DNA of 64,000 nt from Klebsormidium nitens. Its lineage: Eukaryota > Plantae > Klebsormidiophyceae. Positions 51,376 to 63,187 of this stretch are shown in pieces (the first letter of the stretch is position 1; each line of letters begins with the position of its first letter). Where the stretch lies: the NCBI GenBank assembly GCA_000708835.1, contig DF237150.1, positions 84,685 to 148,684 of the forward strand. Reading direction: 5' to 3'. Both the position numbers and the translations under genes were made by a program. Below the pieces are notes generated by a model. The model made no database searches. It saw only the letters and a list, made by a program, of their open reading frames with translations, and was not told where the DNA came from.

Positions 51376-54300
51376 TTACTTGGCCGCGGTTGAAGGCTCG
51401 TATGAGATATCGAGGCGTTCAGCAAAATCCTTTGCCATCAGCGGGAGACCGTCCTTCAGCAGAACCTGGAAAACGGAATGAGCTCGTACGTGAGTGGCGC
51501 GATGAACAGAAGTGAATGACATGCCATTGGATGGAAAAGTGGTGACGAAGTAGGCAACTATCTGGCCGCGTAAAACAAAAACCTGTGAGACTGGGGAGAA
51601 TGGTGCTTATCAATCTGAAAATTCACGGCCCATGGCAACTCCCCTTCTTTGTGCGAAGTACGAAGTGCTGCGCAGTACGACCCAGTCATCCGACTCATTC
51701 AGCCTTGAGATACTCATCTCTCGGTCCAGCGTATCCTGGGCGTGTCAATCCTGTCTTTGCATATTTTATTGACGCGCGGATCCAAAAATGTCAGACTGTT
51801 CGAAAAGATACCTCTGGCCTTTTGACAAAGAACTCCTTGACCTCGCCAATGTCAAACTTCGAGGGGGAAAAAGAATCGAACCCAGAAATTTTATAAGCCA
51901 TTGATACAAGAATTGACCTTGGTTTCTGCGAGCACTCGCGACTACCAACAGCCGGCAGACCAACCGTTCTTCAAAAGCAGTGGGACATAAATCCAGAGGT
52001 ACTAATTTTCACGAGGGTCAGCAGATGTAAGTTGGAAGACCACATTCTCCGCCCCGCAAGTTTGTCAGCTGATTGCAATAAAGACCGTTCCTCAATCCAG
52101 TACAAAAATCGACCCTCATCCACGCGGATTGGCTGGTTGTAGCGCCCAACTCGACTTCCCTGGAGGCGTATATCAAATGAGTGTCCTTCATTTTCTCCGG
52201 AAGAGGCCCTTTCTTCTTCCTTGATTGGGCAGGCGCCCTAAAGAATGATCTTTGCTATTTCCAACAAAGTAAACCCCCATAATGAACTCTGCTATTTCCT
52301 ACAAAGTGACCCCCAAAACACACACCTTGGGCTCCCAGCCGAGCAGGTTCTTGGCCTTGGTGATGTCGGGCTTGCGCTGCTTGGGGTCGTCGGGCGTGTT
52401 GGGCACGGTCTTGAAGGACGCGCTCGGGCTGACCACCTGCTTCACGGTCTCGGCCAGCTCCAGCATGGTGAACTCGTTGGGGTTGCCGATGTTGATCGGG
52501 CCCGTGTTCTCGCCCTCCATCAGCCGGATGAGGCCGTCCACCTATCATACGAGGGGACGGCGTATGTCCGAGAGCAAGTACGCATTAGCACAGTAAATAG
52601 TGTCCGTCTTTCAAGGTGCCGATGTGGACCGGGCCTGTGTTCTCGCCCTCCACCAAACGAATAAGATTGTCCACGTATGACTCGATCAATGGAACCTCTC
52701 GAATTTCGAAGTTGGTAATTGCTGCGGCTTTGGTTGACGTGCCGTGTGGAAGCCGCCTAAACCCTGAATACATGGTGACACGTATCAAAGAAGCAGACCA
52801 CTCGGGTTTGGTTCCGATCCAAGCAAATGGGAGAGCGACGGGTGGGAAGGACAAAGCTCACCAGATCAGAGACGTAGCAGAAGCTGCGAGTCTGTGTTCC
52901 GGGAAGCTGCACCGTCATCTCTTCGCCCCTGCAAAGAAACATTGAGACGCTTACTTCCACATATCTGGACAGATACACGTACACGTTTTCCGTTCAATGT
53001 GTTATGCAGAAAGGATCAAATTGAAGGGTTCAAAACGAAAAGCACGGCGGGCAGGATCCATGTTATCACATACAAATATCGAGCATCGCTATTGGTGCAA
53101 CTCGCGCCAGCTCCGACTCGCTCAAGCACCGGCGAGCCGCAAACATTACAGTTCAGTGGAGTAACTTCACACGAAGCCCATGACTCTACTCAGGAACTCC
53201 GCTCCACGGCGCCACACCTAGACCCCTGCTCGACTAAGTCCTTGACAATTCAAGAAGCTGCAAAACCTAGACTACTAGAACCCAGCAATCCCAGACTCAA
53301 AGCCCTGCCCCCACCTGAGCGCCTGCGCAACGAAGTTGCTGACGACACGCCCGTCGTCGATGTTCATGCGCGGGCCGTACGTGTTGAAGATGCGCGCGAT
53401 GCGGATCTCGACGCCGTGCTGGCGGTGGTAGTCGAACATGAGCGTCTCCGCCACGCGCTTCCCCTCGTCGTAGCAGCTCCGCACGCCGATCGGGTTGACG
53501 TTGCCCCAGTACTCCTCCGTCTGGGGGTGCACCAGGGGGTCGCCGTAAACCTCAGACGTGGACGTCAATAGGATCCTGGTGGAAAGGGGTCAAAGGCATA
53601 GGTACTCCATTTAAGAACGAGGTTTAGGGCAGGCCTGGAGATTAAAGCCCAGACAAGGTGGGGAGGAAGATTGGAGAAAGTACGCCGATTCTGAGAACAA
53701 GACGCAAGGTATGCTAAGGCCTTCGATAATGACTGTTCGACAACTGAACGGAAAGGAGGTAGGCCTAGAAAGCAGAAGTGGGTTTGGGTGCGTAGGCAAA
53801 GCACAATCGTTCAAAGTTATGTCCTCTTGTGGCCAGAGCACAAGCGCATTGCCCGTGCTGCAAGTGCGACCAGGAGGTAGATACTTGAAAGAGTGGACCC
53901 AGCAGAATCTACTTCATGCATCCCTGTAGCCCCGAATCGTTGTTGCCCGCACGAATCATGCAATATCAGGCTTGAAACAGGACTGCAAGATTGAAGCTGT
54001 CAATGAGGATAGCTTCTGCAAGCCCACACAGCTCGACTGGTCCTTATATAAGAACGGCAAGCTAAGCTGACAAAATTTTCATTGCTGGAAAGTGGCTCAC
54101 CTGGCTCCAACTCGCTTGGCCAGACCCAGCATGTTCAGTGTGCCCATCACGTTGGTCTTGATGGTCTGCAGAAGAAAGAGCAGATTGAAGTATGAGGACA
54201 AAGTGCTTACGAGGCAGAACGTCCAAATGATATGCTGCCCTATAGTTGCGGACTTGCATATAGAACATGCGGATGCGGAAAGCCCAAGACCTGAACTATG

Positions 54301-56472
54301 ACGTCTCCAGCATAGACGAATTACAGCGTCCCCTTCTCAATCAACAAGCACAACCATCTGAACGTCCTGCGGTTCAGGTTGCACACTTAAGGACTAGCTT
54401 AGCCGGATGAATCAAACCTTTTCTCTTGGTTGTGAGCAACTGGAGCCGGCCCTTAGAGTGTTTGCTTCTGAGCAGATTCATGTGTGCGTTTGAGATGCGT
54501 CCACTCAACAGTTAGTTGGGTCCCTGGTGATGTCCTTTGATAAGGATGCACATCCAGAACAATCAGCTGAACTCTAGTTACTGAAAGGAAAGAGAGCCTA
54601 CCTTGACGGGGTTGTGCTTGTAGAAGATGGGGGAGGCAGGGCAGGCCAAGTGGTAGATCTGGTCAACCTCAACAAGAAGGGGGTCCACAACATCTGCACA
54701 AGATCAACGGAGATCTCGAGGCTTGAGCCGACTCTGGAGTGACACAGTTAGGACCGCTCACCTGGACGATGCTAAGAATCTTGTTCTTGTCTGTCCACTT
54801 AGGAGCATGACTTTAGTCTGCCCTAGTGGGCAGTCAGCCGGCAGATTGTGGACGTGCTTTTGAGTGATATTGCAGCCCGCAAGCGCAGAGCCTATAGCAC
54901 CAGACTGCTCTCAATATGACGCTTTTCACAAGAACGTGCCTCTTTGCATTCCTCATCCTCGACATATGCCAGCTGACTGAGCTCTGGTTCGGTTGCTAAT
55001 GCTTTCATTGATGCTTGTGTAGCTTGACGTCAGCATCTTGTACCTTGAAGTCAGCATCTTGAACCGGTGGTAGGCACAATCTGTCAGCTAGTCACTACCA
55101 TTACTTCCATCTGCTGAAATCAATAAGCGATTGGAAATGGCTGATTGGCTCAAGGATTAGCTGCTCGACAAGACACGGCTGCTCAATAGAGTTTGAGTGG
55201 AGCCGCAAAACCGCCACTACTTGCGGACTTGTTCGTTTCAAAGTCTTGCACGAATGGTTTCTTTGAACACACCCTTTTTCAGCTCCTTTTCAATTCAAGC
55301 AAAAGCTGGAAAAGCTCACAACGAGCTCTTGCAGGAGCTGTCAAGTCAATCTGTTGCACACTTACAGCTCTGATTGATTGACGAGAAGTGAATCAAAGAT
55401 CAATCAGCGTAGGTATCTAGACATCCAAAGAAGGAGAGGGGTTTTGAAGGCAGCCTAAAGCTCTTCATCAAGGTGTTACCAGGTAGACAGAGGGAAGCCT
55501 TACCATGCCTGATGAGCTCAAAGTCGGGGTGGTTGAGCCACTGCTTCAGGTTGCTCTTGGTGCCAGTGAAATAGTTGTCAACCACAATCACCTGCGCCCC
55601 GTAAGACAATCTAGTCTTGATTCACACGCCTACTTAGAATAGACACTACGAGCTCGTCATTTTGTCAATCAGTGCAGCTCCTCAAGTCTGATGGAGCGCA
55701 CTTATTCTAGATATCGTCAAACTGCCACTGTTATCAGTCGTGCCTTAGACATGGCAGGCACCAATCAAAGTTCGCCAACAGCAACCCTAGATATATTCTG
55801 ATCTGCTGTATCCGTCTGCATAAACACACCCATGCTCTGCGACTAGCAGTGATTATGATGCAAGTCATTCTGGCTTGATTCGGCTAATGATTGCTTTTCA
55901 GAAACATATTGAGACAGCAGGAATGGAAGGTGCGCCCAACCAGATCTGGCCACATTTGGTGGCAGATTTTTACATTGAAACACTGCCATGTATTGGATTG
56001 CTGATATGAACACCAATAAGAGCCTAAACCCTAAAGAGAGTATAGCGCACGATAAATTGAGGCGCAGAGATTGATCAACTCACCGAGTGCCCAGCTTTCA
56101 TCAACCGGTCCACCAGATGGGACCCCACAAACCCAGCTCCTCCAGTAACCAAAACCCGCAACTTGTTCTGCAACCACCAATGGACAGTTGTGAGACATCA
56201 GCTTACAGTGGCCTCAGTAGCTTGCAGAATGAGCTGAAAATGAAGCTCAGCTATGAAGCTCAAGCAGAGCAGTCACTCCAAAGAACGTCCATCTGAATGT
56301 TGGCGGCATACATCATTAGGAGCAATCATGAAGAGTCAGAAAGCCACTCTCTGACGTCTTCAGATCTATCATCCGCCAAGCTCACCTTCACCAACTTCGA
56401 CGTTCGGAGGGGAGAGGGAGAGGGAGGAGGCTTTGCAGGAGACCCAGGCACTGATCCATTGCTGTCCGCCAT
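51376..56472 (-). CDS. UXS: UDP-glucuronic acid decarboxylase (UDP-xylose synthase), cytosolic type
   Basis: Exons: 56472-~56385 ([26 protein letters not shown]), ~56168-56085 ([17 protein letters not shown]), ~55592-55503, ~54693-54602 ([10 protein letters not shown]), ~54166-54102, ~53576-53317 ([10 protein letters not shown]...[12 protein letters not shown]...[10 protein letters not shown]), ~52927-52859 ([10 protein letters not shown]), 52541-~52326, 51465-51376 ([14 protein letters not shown]...*). It lacks an N-terminal TM and has the [10 protein letters not shown] motif of the cytosolic UXS3/5/6 class. Confidence 0.96.
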
Positions 56473-57276
56473 GGCAACACCACTTTCTTTCAACCTCGAA
56501 GAAACACAAATCCGGGAAACTCACAAAAGGAGAGTAAAGCCAGGGAGCAGGAACGAGAAGGGCGACCTGGCTTTGTGAAAAGAATCGAGATCAGCTGAGT
56601 TCAGCTAACGGAGCTGAGCAATGAGCGCCAAGTTCCAATGAAATGGAGGAGCTGCCAGTGAGAATTGTTCCGATCAGCACCTGATCTCTCGCCTTTCGCG
56701 AAGTGTCTCGAGTCACTATCTAGTGCAGTTGCAAGAGCTAGCCCCGGATCGTTGCGCGACCAAGCCAAAATTGTCTCGCGCACATTGGATCAGCCCTGGC
56801 CCGAGGGACTCGGTCGATCGCGCGCTCCGCGGTATGAAAATTCAACAATCGCGCAATGTATTGTTCGCACGGGTGTTCTCTCGCGCGCGCAACATTGTTT
56901 GGAAAGTTTCGAATAGAACTTAACCGTTGATCCATGATGAATCTCCCTAATTCGCTGCACGGTGCGCTGAAGGCCGTCAGATGACGTGCTGCTCATCGAA
57001 CGGCCACTCAACATATCCCGCTCTTCGGTGTTCCGCTTTGTTCCGTGCTTCCGCTCTTCCGGTGTTCCGATCACTGAAGTCTTTGTCAAGGGCCTGAGGC
57101 TTGAGCCGCGTTTTGGCACAGGGTGGTATGTTTTCGTTTATTTCTCTGAAGGGAAGACGTCTTTGCGGCAGAGGAATACTGTAGACCATCTTTTGATCGG
57201 GCCTTTCTGGAAAGCTCTGCATCTTTCATATAGACCTGCCCTTCGCAGTGAAAAGGTCCCATAACTCTCCGGTGCA
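56473..57276. promoter_or_regulatory. Divergent promoter region between UXS and the armadillo-like chloroplast protein gene
   Basis: Head-to-head start codons ~800 bp apart, with several CGCGCG-rich motifs (56750-56890). Confidence 0.45.
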
Positions 57277-60200
57277 ATGGCGGCTGCCAACGCCGTCAGA
57301 AACTTTCCTGGCTCTCAGTTGCAGCATTGCAGAAATGATACACAATCCCTAACGAGGCGACTGCAATGTCCGCAGCCTACTAGTTGGTTTTTGCCTCCTG
57401 TTTTCAAAGCTGGCTCACCTCGACGCCCCTTCTTTGCAAGAGCCGCAGTTGGCAGCAGGGGTTCAGGGGCCAGCCCAGTGTCGCTTGGTAATGGTGGCGA
57501 TGAAATGTGGAGAAGGTTGCAGAGGGACCAGATTGAGAGGAGCGCCGAGCGCATGCCTAAAGAAGTGTTCGTACTTGCTGACTCGAGTGATGATAGAGAT
57601 GACGAGCTTGAAGATGAGACGCTGGAGGAGATGGACGATGAGGAGGCACTGTTTGAGCACGAGAGCACGTCAGATGAGGTCGGCGATGAGGTCGCAAGCG
57701 AGAGCGCGGATGGCCAGGCGGAAGGGGCATCAACAACAGCGGAATCTGAAGGTGTGGAGGGAGAGGTTGTAGAAAGTGCAGAAGTTGCGGAGGCAGAGGA
57801 CGTGATGGATGAAGAAGAAGAAGAGGAGGGGGAGGAGGTGGAACTATCGTGGGCCCAGGAAAAGTACATGGATCTGAAGCAATCTGTGGGAGTGGTGGTC
57901 GATAGGGTACCGGGCCCGAGGGTGGCCTCCAGTAATGTGCCCTGGCTGATAGCAGTGCCGCTGTCGTACCTGGCAATCACGCTGCTCATCTCAGTTGCAA
58001 AGGTCATCAAGAAAAACAACACGCCCCGGGCGCACAGGAAGCGGCAGGTGAGTGCATTACCTCCACATCAAATGCAATTTTAGATGGGGGAAGGAACTAA
58101 ATGATGTCAGGGAGCCTCCGAATGAAGAATTCTGGCTGCTAAGGTGGGGTGCTTTTCACAACACGTTGTGCATGTCTGGTTTGCACAATTTGTCACAGAG
58201 AAACGCATCAGTGTGCACGTGAGTAGGGGATGAAAATTTGGGACGCAATGCCATCTTATTAGGAAGTTGCTGCGAAGGGGCACTTCCTCCTCATTTTGGC
58301 CAATCTGCATCTCACTGTCAGTTGTTGTGCGCGGGCAACTTTTTTGGATCCGAGGTTTGAGTATACTACACGTATTTCCCAGACAAACTTTACTTGCAAT
58401 GTGAAAACCCTCCTTTGGATAGTGTTCCAAACTTATATCTGCATATCTTGATCGATATGGTTCCAGAAAGACTGCTGTATCCCCACGGTTCAAGAGTGAA
58501 CTAAATGGTGGCTCTTTTTCAAGGTGAACAAAGACAGTGGTTAATAGGAGAGATTCTCCCATTGTGATCCTTTTCAAGGAATGGATTGGGGGGACCAGTA
58601 CCTCTTCAAAAAGCCCCAAAAACGTCTGTGAGCCTGGCAGGCCAGTGTCAGAAGCTTTGCGAACAATCGAGTCATGTCATTGCTATGCTGCATAGTGAAA
58701 GACAGTCAGGGATTGCGAAGTTGCATTCGAGATCTAGGTGCAATCAGTAGGGTCAAGCACTCAACTTTTACCAGCTTCATTGCCGTGCTTCCTGATACTC
58801 CATTCCTCTGTCACTTTCCCACTTCTCCCCTTATTTTCCTCATGAGATGTCTGACATGATCTCTCAAGTTTTTTTGCAATCTGTGAGGCAGGCAGGGCTG
58901 TGCTTGACAATCAGTCCCAGCATATCATTATTCTATACGAGCAAGACTTGGCCCTTTTGCAATCGATGCATACGTGCTCACTGATCTTCACGCTTTACCA
59001 CATCCCTCTCTCGTCTATTGTCCGCAACTCGGACAGCTGGTTAAGTATTAACCTTCTTCTTTGGTAACGCAAGCAAATATGTCAGGTATGATATGTGCTC
59101 CATAACCAGCGGACTTCCAGTGGTCTGCCATCTGTCTAAAGTTGACCCTCAACCTAACCTGTTTTCCACAGGTAAACCGCAATTTTGAGTTGGTGGAGCT
59201 CATCTCAAAGTACCTGGAGGAGGATAAGAGTCAGCTGGACCCCAAGGGCTTCAGAGCGCTCCAAAGCAACGTAAGCCGCCAACCAACCCGCAAGACTGGC
59301 TACTGAAGCTCGCGTGTCAATCTTGTATTTTGCCGGTCATAAGGTTCTGACCAGAGTGGATGATGCTAAGAAGCATGTTGACCGAAGCCCTTTCAGTCCC
59401 TTTCCAGGCTATCTGATAAGATGCAGATACGACCGTAAGTCGTGATTGCAAGGAAAGAGATTGTTCATTGCTGTACGATCGGATTCCGAGGTCTTATACC
59501 CTGCGCAAGTATACTTGTGGTCAAGTCGAAGGCACTTTCAAGCTAAGCAAACTTATTGAAGAGAAGATTCAACCCGACTTTCCTGGCCCGCAGTATCAAG
59601 TCCATACCGCGTAAGACTCCGCAGAACAAACATCTGGTACGCCCGCAGCGTGAAGCCAATCCGGTTCTGGCTTTATGCCTTACCAGAAGCTATCTGGACG
59701 TTTGTAAAGTATTTTAAGGTTCAGATCTTCGCCGCCATAAGTACACCCGGACACATACAAAATTGCATTTCAAAGGCGTATTTATGTCGTCCGCTCGCTA
59801 GTCAGATGCTTGGGAACGAAACAGTCTGTCATTCTTTGCAGTTCTGAAATCCTTCGCAAGGTTATTCCTAGACGCGCTCAATGAGAAACCAGTTTTCACC
59901 TGGCTCTATGCCTTCTGGAATCTAAGCCGGACGCTCGTGAACAAAGTCATCGACACGTTTCTTGCAGATTGAGGTTTCGCCACCCAAGATCCTGCGCAAG
60001 TACATCCGATATGGACACAACAAAAAATCGATGGGACCTGGCTGTATGCCTGCAGACTCGCGTAGTCAAGATCGTCCTCCATTTTTTCTCAACTGAGTTT
60101 CTTGCCGCTCGAGATTACTGCGCAAGTGCATCCGACTCGGGCTCAACGAGAAGCTTCCGGACCTGTCTTATGCCGATGGGACGTGTGGGAATCGTGAAAG

Positions 60201-63187
60201 CTGGATAATTTTTCTGCAGTTCAAGTTCTTGCCGCAGGAGATCTTGCGCAAGTACATTCGGTACGCGATCAACAAAAGGCGATCCACCTGTCTCCCGGCC
60301 TTTCAAAGGCCATTCGGACTGTTCATCTGCAAAACTACATGTCATTCTCTGCACTTCAGGTTCTCGCCGCACGAGATCCTGCGCAAGTACATCCGGTACG
60401 CGCTCAACGAAGTCCCGGTTCGGACCTGGTTTTGAGCCCCTCAGATGCAATACTGACGCTTGTAAATGACGTCATCCGTCACGATGACGTCACTCTCTGC
60501 AGTTCAAGTTCTCGCCGCACGAGATCCTGCGCAAGTACATCCGGTATGCGCTCAACGAGAAGCCGTTCGACCCGGAGATGGTGTCCAACCTGCTGCTGCT
60601 GCGGAAGTCGTCCGGGCTGTCCGACAAGGACATGATTGGCGTGCTCAACGACATCGCATCCAAGGTCGTCAGGGCCAAAGGTGAGAACTGATTCGCTGCC
60701 TGTCCCTTCCTTTTATCTCAGTCTTGTTTTTCACTCAATCCTTTTGTCCGAAGTTCCGAACGTGGGTCGTCGGCTGGTGTTTGGGCTCATTAGAGCTACT
60801 TAGGTTCCTTCAAGAGATTTCAAAGATGAGTTGCGCACTATGAAGGACAGATTGAAGCGGATGGAAAGAATGGCCCGGCGCTGTCCTCAAGCCCTGGCCA
60901 GTGCAGTATCAGTGACGGTTAGCGTCAGTGACAGTGAGTATTTTAGACAAGCGGATGGCTAGCAGGACCTCAATTCTTTATGCTCTCTTTATGGGGTCCA
61001 TTCTTTTCCTGTCAGATCTAAGCCTGTGGGATCTAGCAGAGAGCCGCCTCTAAAAAGAGTTTTCGATGGCCGCCCCTCTATTTGCCTGCTTCGTGAATTG
61101 TCTGCTAACATCTGAGGTTCGGCTAAGTCACCCGCGCCGAAAAGGGAGTTTGTCGAATAGGGATCGAACCAGTCCGGAGAAGTGTTGACGACCTTGACCT
61201 GCTCTGGTAATGTTCGGGAGCGAGGCCTTCCTGTCTTCGTCATCCCTGTCATGAAGCTGGAAACTTACTCTGAAACAACAACCTATTCTGCAAGACTGCG
61301 ACCGATTCCAGTCTTCTGCCCAGCTCGTTGTTCGACAAAACGGAAAGGTCGACGAGTATCGTTTCAGACACGCGTACGAGCCGAGCAGCTTTTGTGTGCA
61401 GGTCCGGTGATGATGGACACCCGGGGCATGACGGAGAAGGGCATCAAGAAGAAGGCCGCGGTGCAGGCCATCTTCACCAAGCTGCTATATCTCTCGGAGG
61501 TGAGGCGATCTGGGCCCCTAAGAATTTTCTCAGCGCTAGTTTGGAGGTTGTCATGTTGACATGTAAAGAATTTGAGCCTCCAGCGCCTTCTGATGGGGTA
61601 GGTGGGAAGAGGGGGTGTTTGACATGCGGACTGAGGCTTATCTTGACTGTCTTTTCGGGTCTGGCTGGCATCTTTGGAGATATCAATTCGCTCTTACTGC
61701 GGTTTCCTCCCGAGACTGGCATCTCTGGAGAGTTCGTCCAAGTTTGCGGGTCGGCCAACGTGATGGCTTCGATACCCGACTCGTACCGTATCCCGAGCGG
61801 TCTTCCTACCGTCCTTCGGAAATGATCAGATGCTGATCGCGCACTTTTTTTCGCAGCTTTCTGACGAGATCCTCTCGCCACAAGCGCGCCATGTTATGGA
61901 GCACTGTCCTCACCTCAGAGCCGTGGGGCGCTCAACTGACGTCATCCTATCCTTGTCCCCAGCTTGAAGATACCGTCGAGGCCCAGTGGGCGCCCGGCTT
62001 GCCCCTCCCGCCGGCAACAAAAACATGCTGACGTCACGTTTTCGTTCCTCGCAGCTGGACGATCTTGTGTCGCTCGAAGCGCGTACTGTCCCGAGCAATC
62101 GCTTTCCGCCCTCTGACGGTGGTCTTAGGCCCCTCCGACGTCAGTTCGTTTTTTGCCCTTCGCTCGACAGATCGCCGTTGCCCAAGCTCTGCAAAAGCCC
62201 CCCTTGGTAATATGTGGCTGATGCCCCGCGTTTGGCACCTACAGCTGGACGAGGTCCGCGAAGCGCACGATTTTGCCGAGCGGATGTGCCGCCCCCAGGT
62301 GTCAGGCCCCTCCATCAAATGCTGCTAGCGTATATTCTCCCCTCAGCGGCAGTGGCAAGATGCTGACGTCACGTTTTTCGTCTTCTGCAGCTGGACGAGT
62401 TCCTGTCGCCCGAGGCCCGCAAGGTTCCCGAGCGGATGCCCCCCCCCAGAACAGCGGCGCCGCCCCCCCCTGCTAAGGACGAGCCGCTCGTGTTCCGGCC
62501 AGAGATGCTGAAGCAGCAGGCGACGGGGCCGACGCAGGCGGAGATTGATGCGGAGCAGAATCAGTACCTGCGAGTCAAAGAGATCTTTGGATTGACAGAG
62601 TGAGCGTCTCTTTCTTCTGGAAATCCGCATTCTGTGGAAAGAGAGCGCGTGTAAAAAGGATGTGTTGTGTCGTCCCCTCCTAGAATCCCTGCCGACAAAA
62701 AGCGGATCAGTCCCGGAGCATTGGACCTAGCGAGTGAGCCTCCTTTTGTTCTAGTGCTCTGCACCTTGTAGAACGGGGTATTTTTGGCTCCATATGTTCT
62801 TGATTTCCTGTCCGTGCAACGCGCGACACGATGCAGAACCCGTTATTTCCAGCTTAACGAGATTTGTGGATCCACGGAGTGAGCATGTTCTGGTTGGCTC
62901 CGCAGCTTGTACCGTTTTGTACCGAGTCGAAGCCTTTTACTTGCCGCGAGACTCCATACGAGGGTATTTGTTTGGGATTTGAGACATCTGTGCTCTAATT
63001 TGCTGAATCCTTCTTTTGCAGCGAGGATGCGGACAGAATCAGAATCGACACTTTGTCCGAGTCGGATGTCGTCCGACTCGAGGCACTGCTCGGGCGGAGC
63101 CCTTCTGGCGCTGGTGCCGCAGAAACGTCGTCAGACGAGGAAGACGCTGAAGAAGGGGAGAGAGAAGAGAGGGATGAGGATTCCTAG
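57277..63187 (+). CDS. Chloroplast-targeted armadillo-like helical-repeat membrane protein (At5g08540-like, from memory)
   Basis: Exons: 57277-58047 (transit peptide, acidic region, TM VPWLIAVPLSYLAITLLISVAKVIKK), ~59172-59269 (VNRNFELVELISKYL), 60503-~60680 (FKFSPHEILRKYIRYALNEKPFDPEMVSNLLLLRKSSGLSD), ~61402-61500 (GPVMMDTRGMTEKGIKKKAAVQAIFTKLLYLSE), 62391-~62599 (...LRVKEIFGLT), ~63021-63187 (DADRIRIDTLSE...*). LRKYIRYALNEKPF is the conserved plant family motif. Confidence 0.85.
59338..60580 (+). repeat. Tandem array of ~9 decayed copies (~120-150 bp) of the intron-end/exon-start junction, ending in the live exon
   Basis: Junction positions: ~59338, ~59476, 59593, 59718, 59841, 59967, ~60095, 60219, 60354, and live 60502. 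Shared core: (ctgcag)ttcaagttctcgccgcacgagatcctgcgcaagtacatccggta.gcgctcaacga. Confidence 0.9.
61830..62450 (+). repeat. Tandem array of 4 decayed copies of the branch-point/acceptor/exon-start junction plus the live copy
   Basis: AG positions: 61856, 61962, 62054, 62244, and live 62390. Core: gctgacgtcacgtttttcgt..cgcag|ctggacga...gcccgaggc. Confidence 0.8.

Noticed and set aside
52675-52858. A U12-type (AT-AC) intron suggested by the AC at the pseudo-exon boundary
   Set aside because: The donor is a canonical GTGAGC with no U12 5' consensus, so the AC is better explained as a mutated AG.
40680-56472. Functional cluster of UXS (UDP-xylose/arabinose supply) with the mucin-like glycoprotein
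   Set aside because: The genes are separated by an unrelated F-box locus and transposon debris, and there is no evidence beyond proximity.
59338-60502. Regularly spaced repeats reminiscent of a CRISPR array
   Set aside because: The locus is a eukaryotic intron, the units are copies of the adjacent exon junction rather than short identical repeats with unique spacers, and there are no cas genes.
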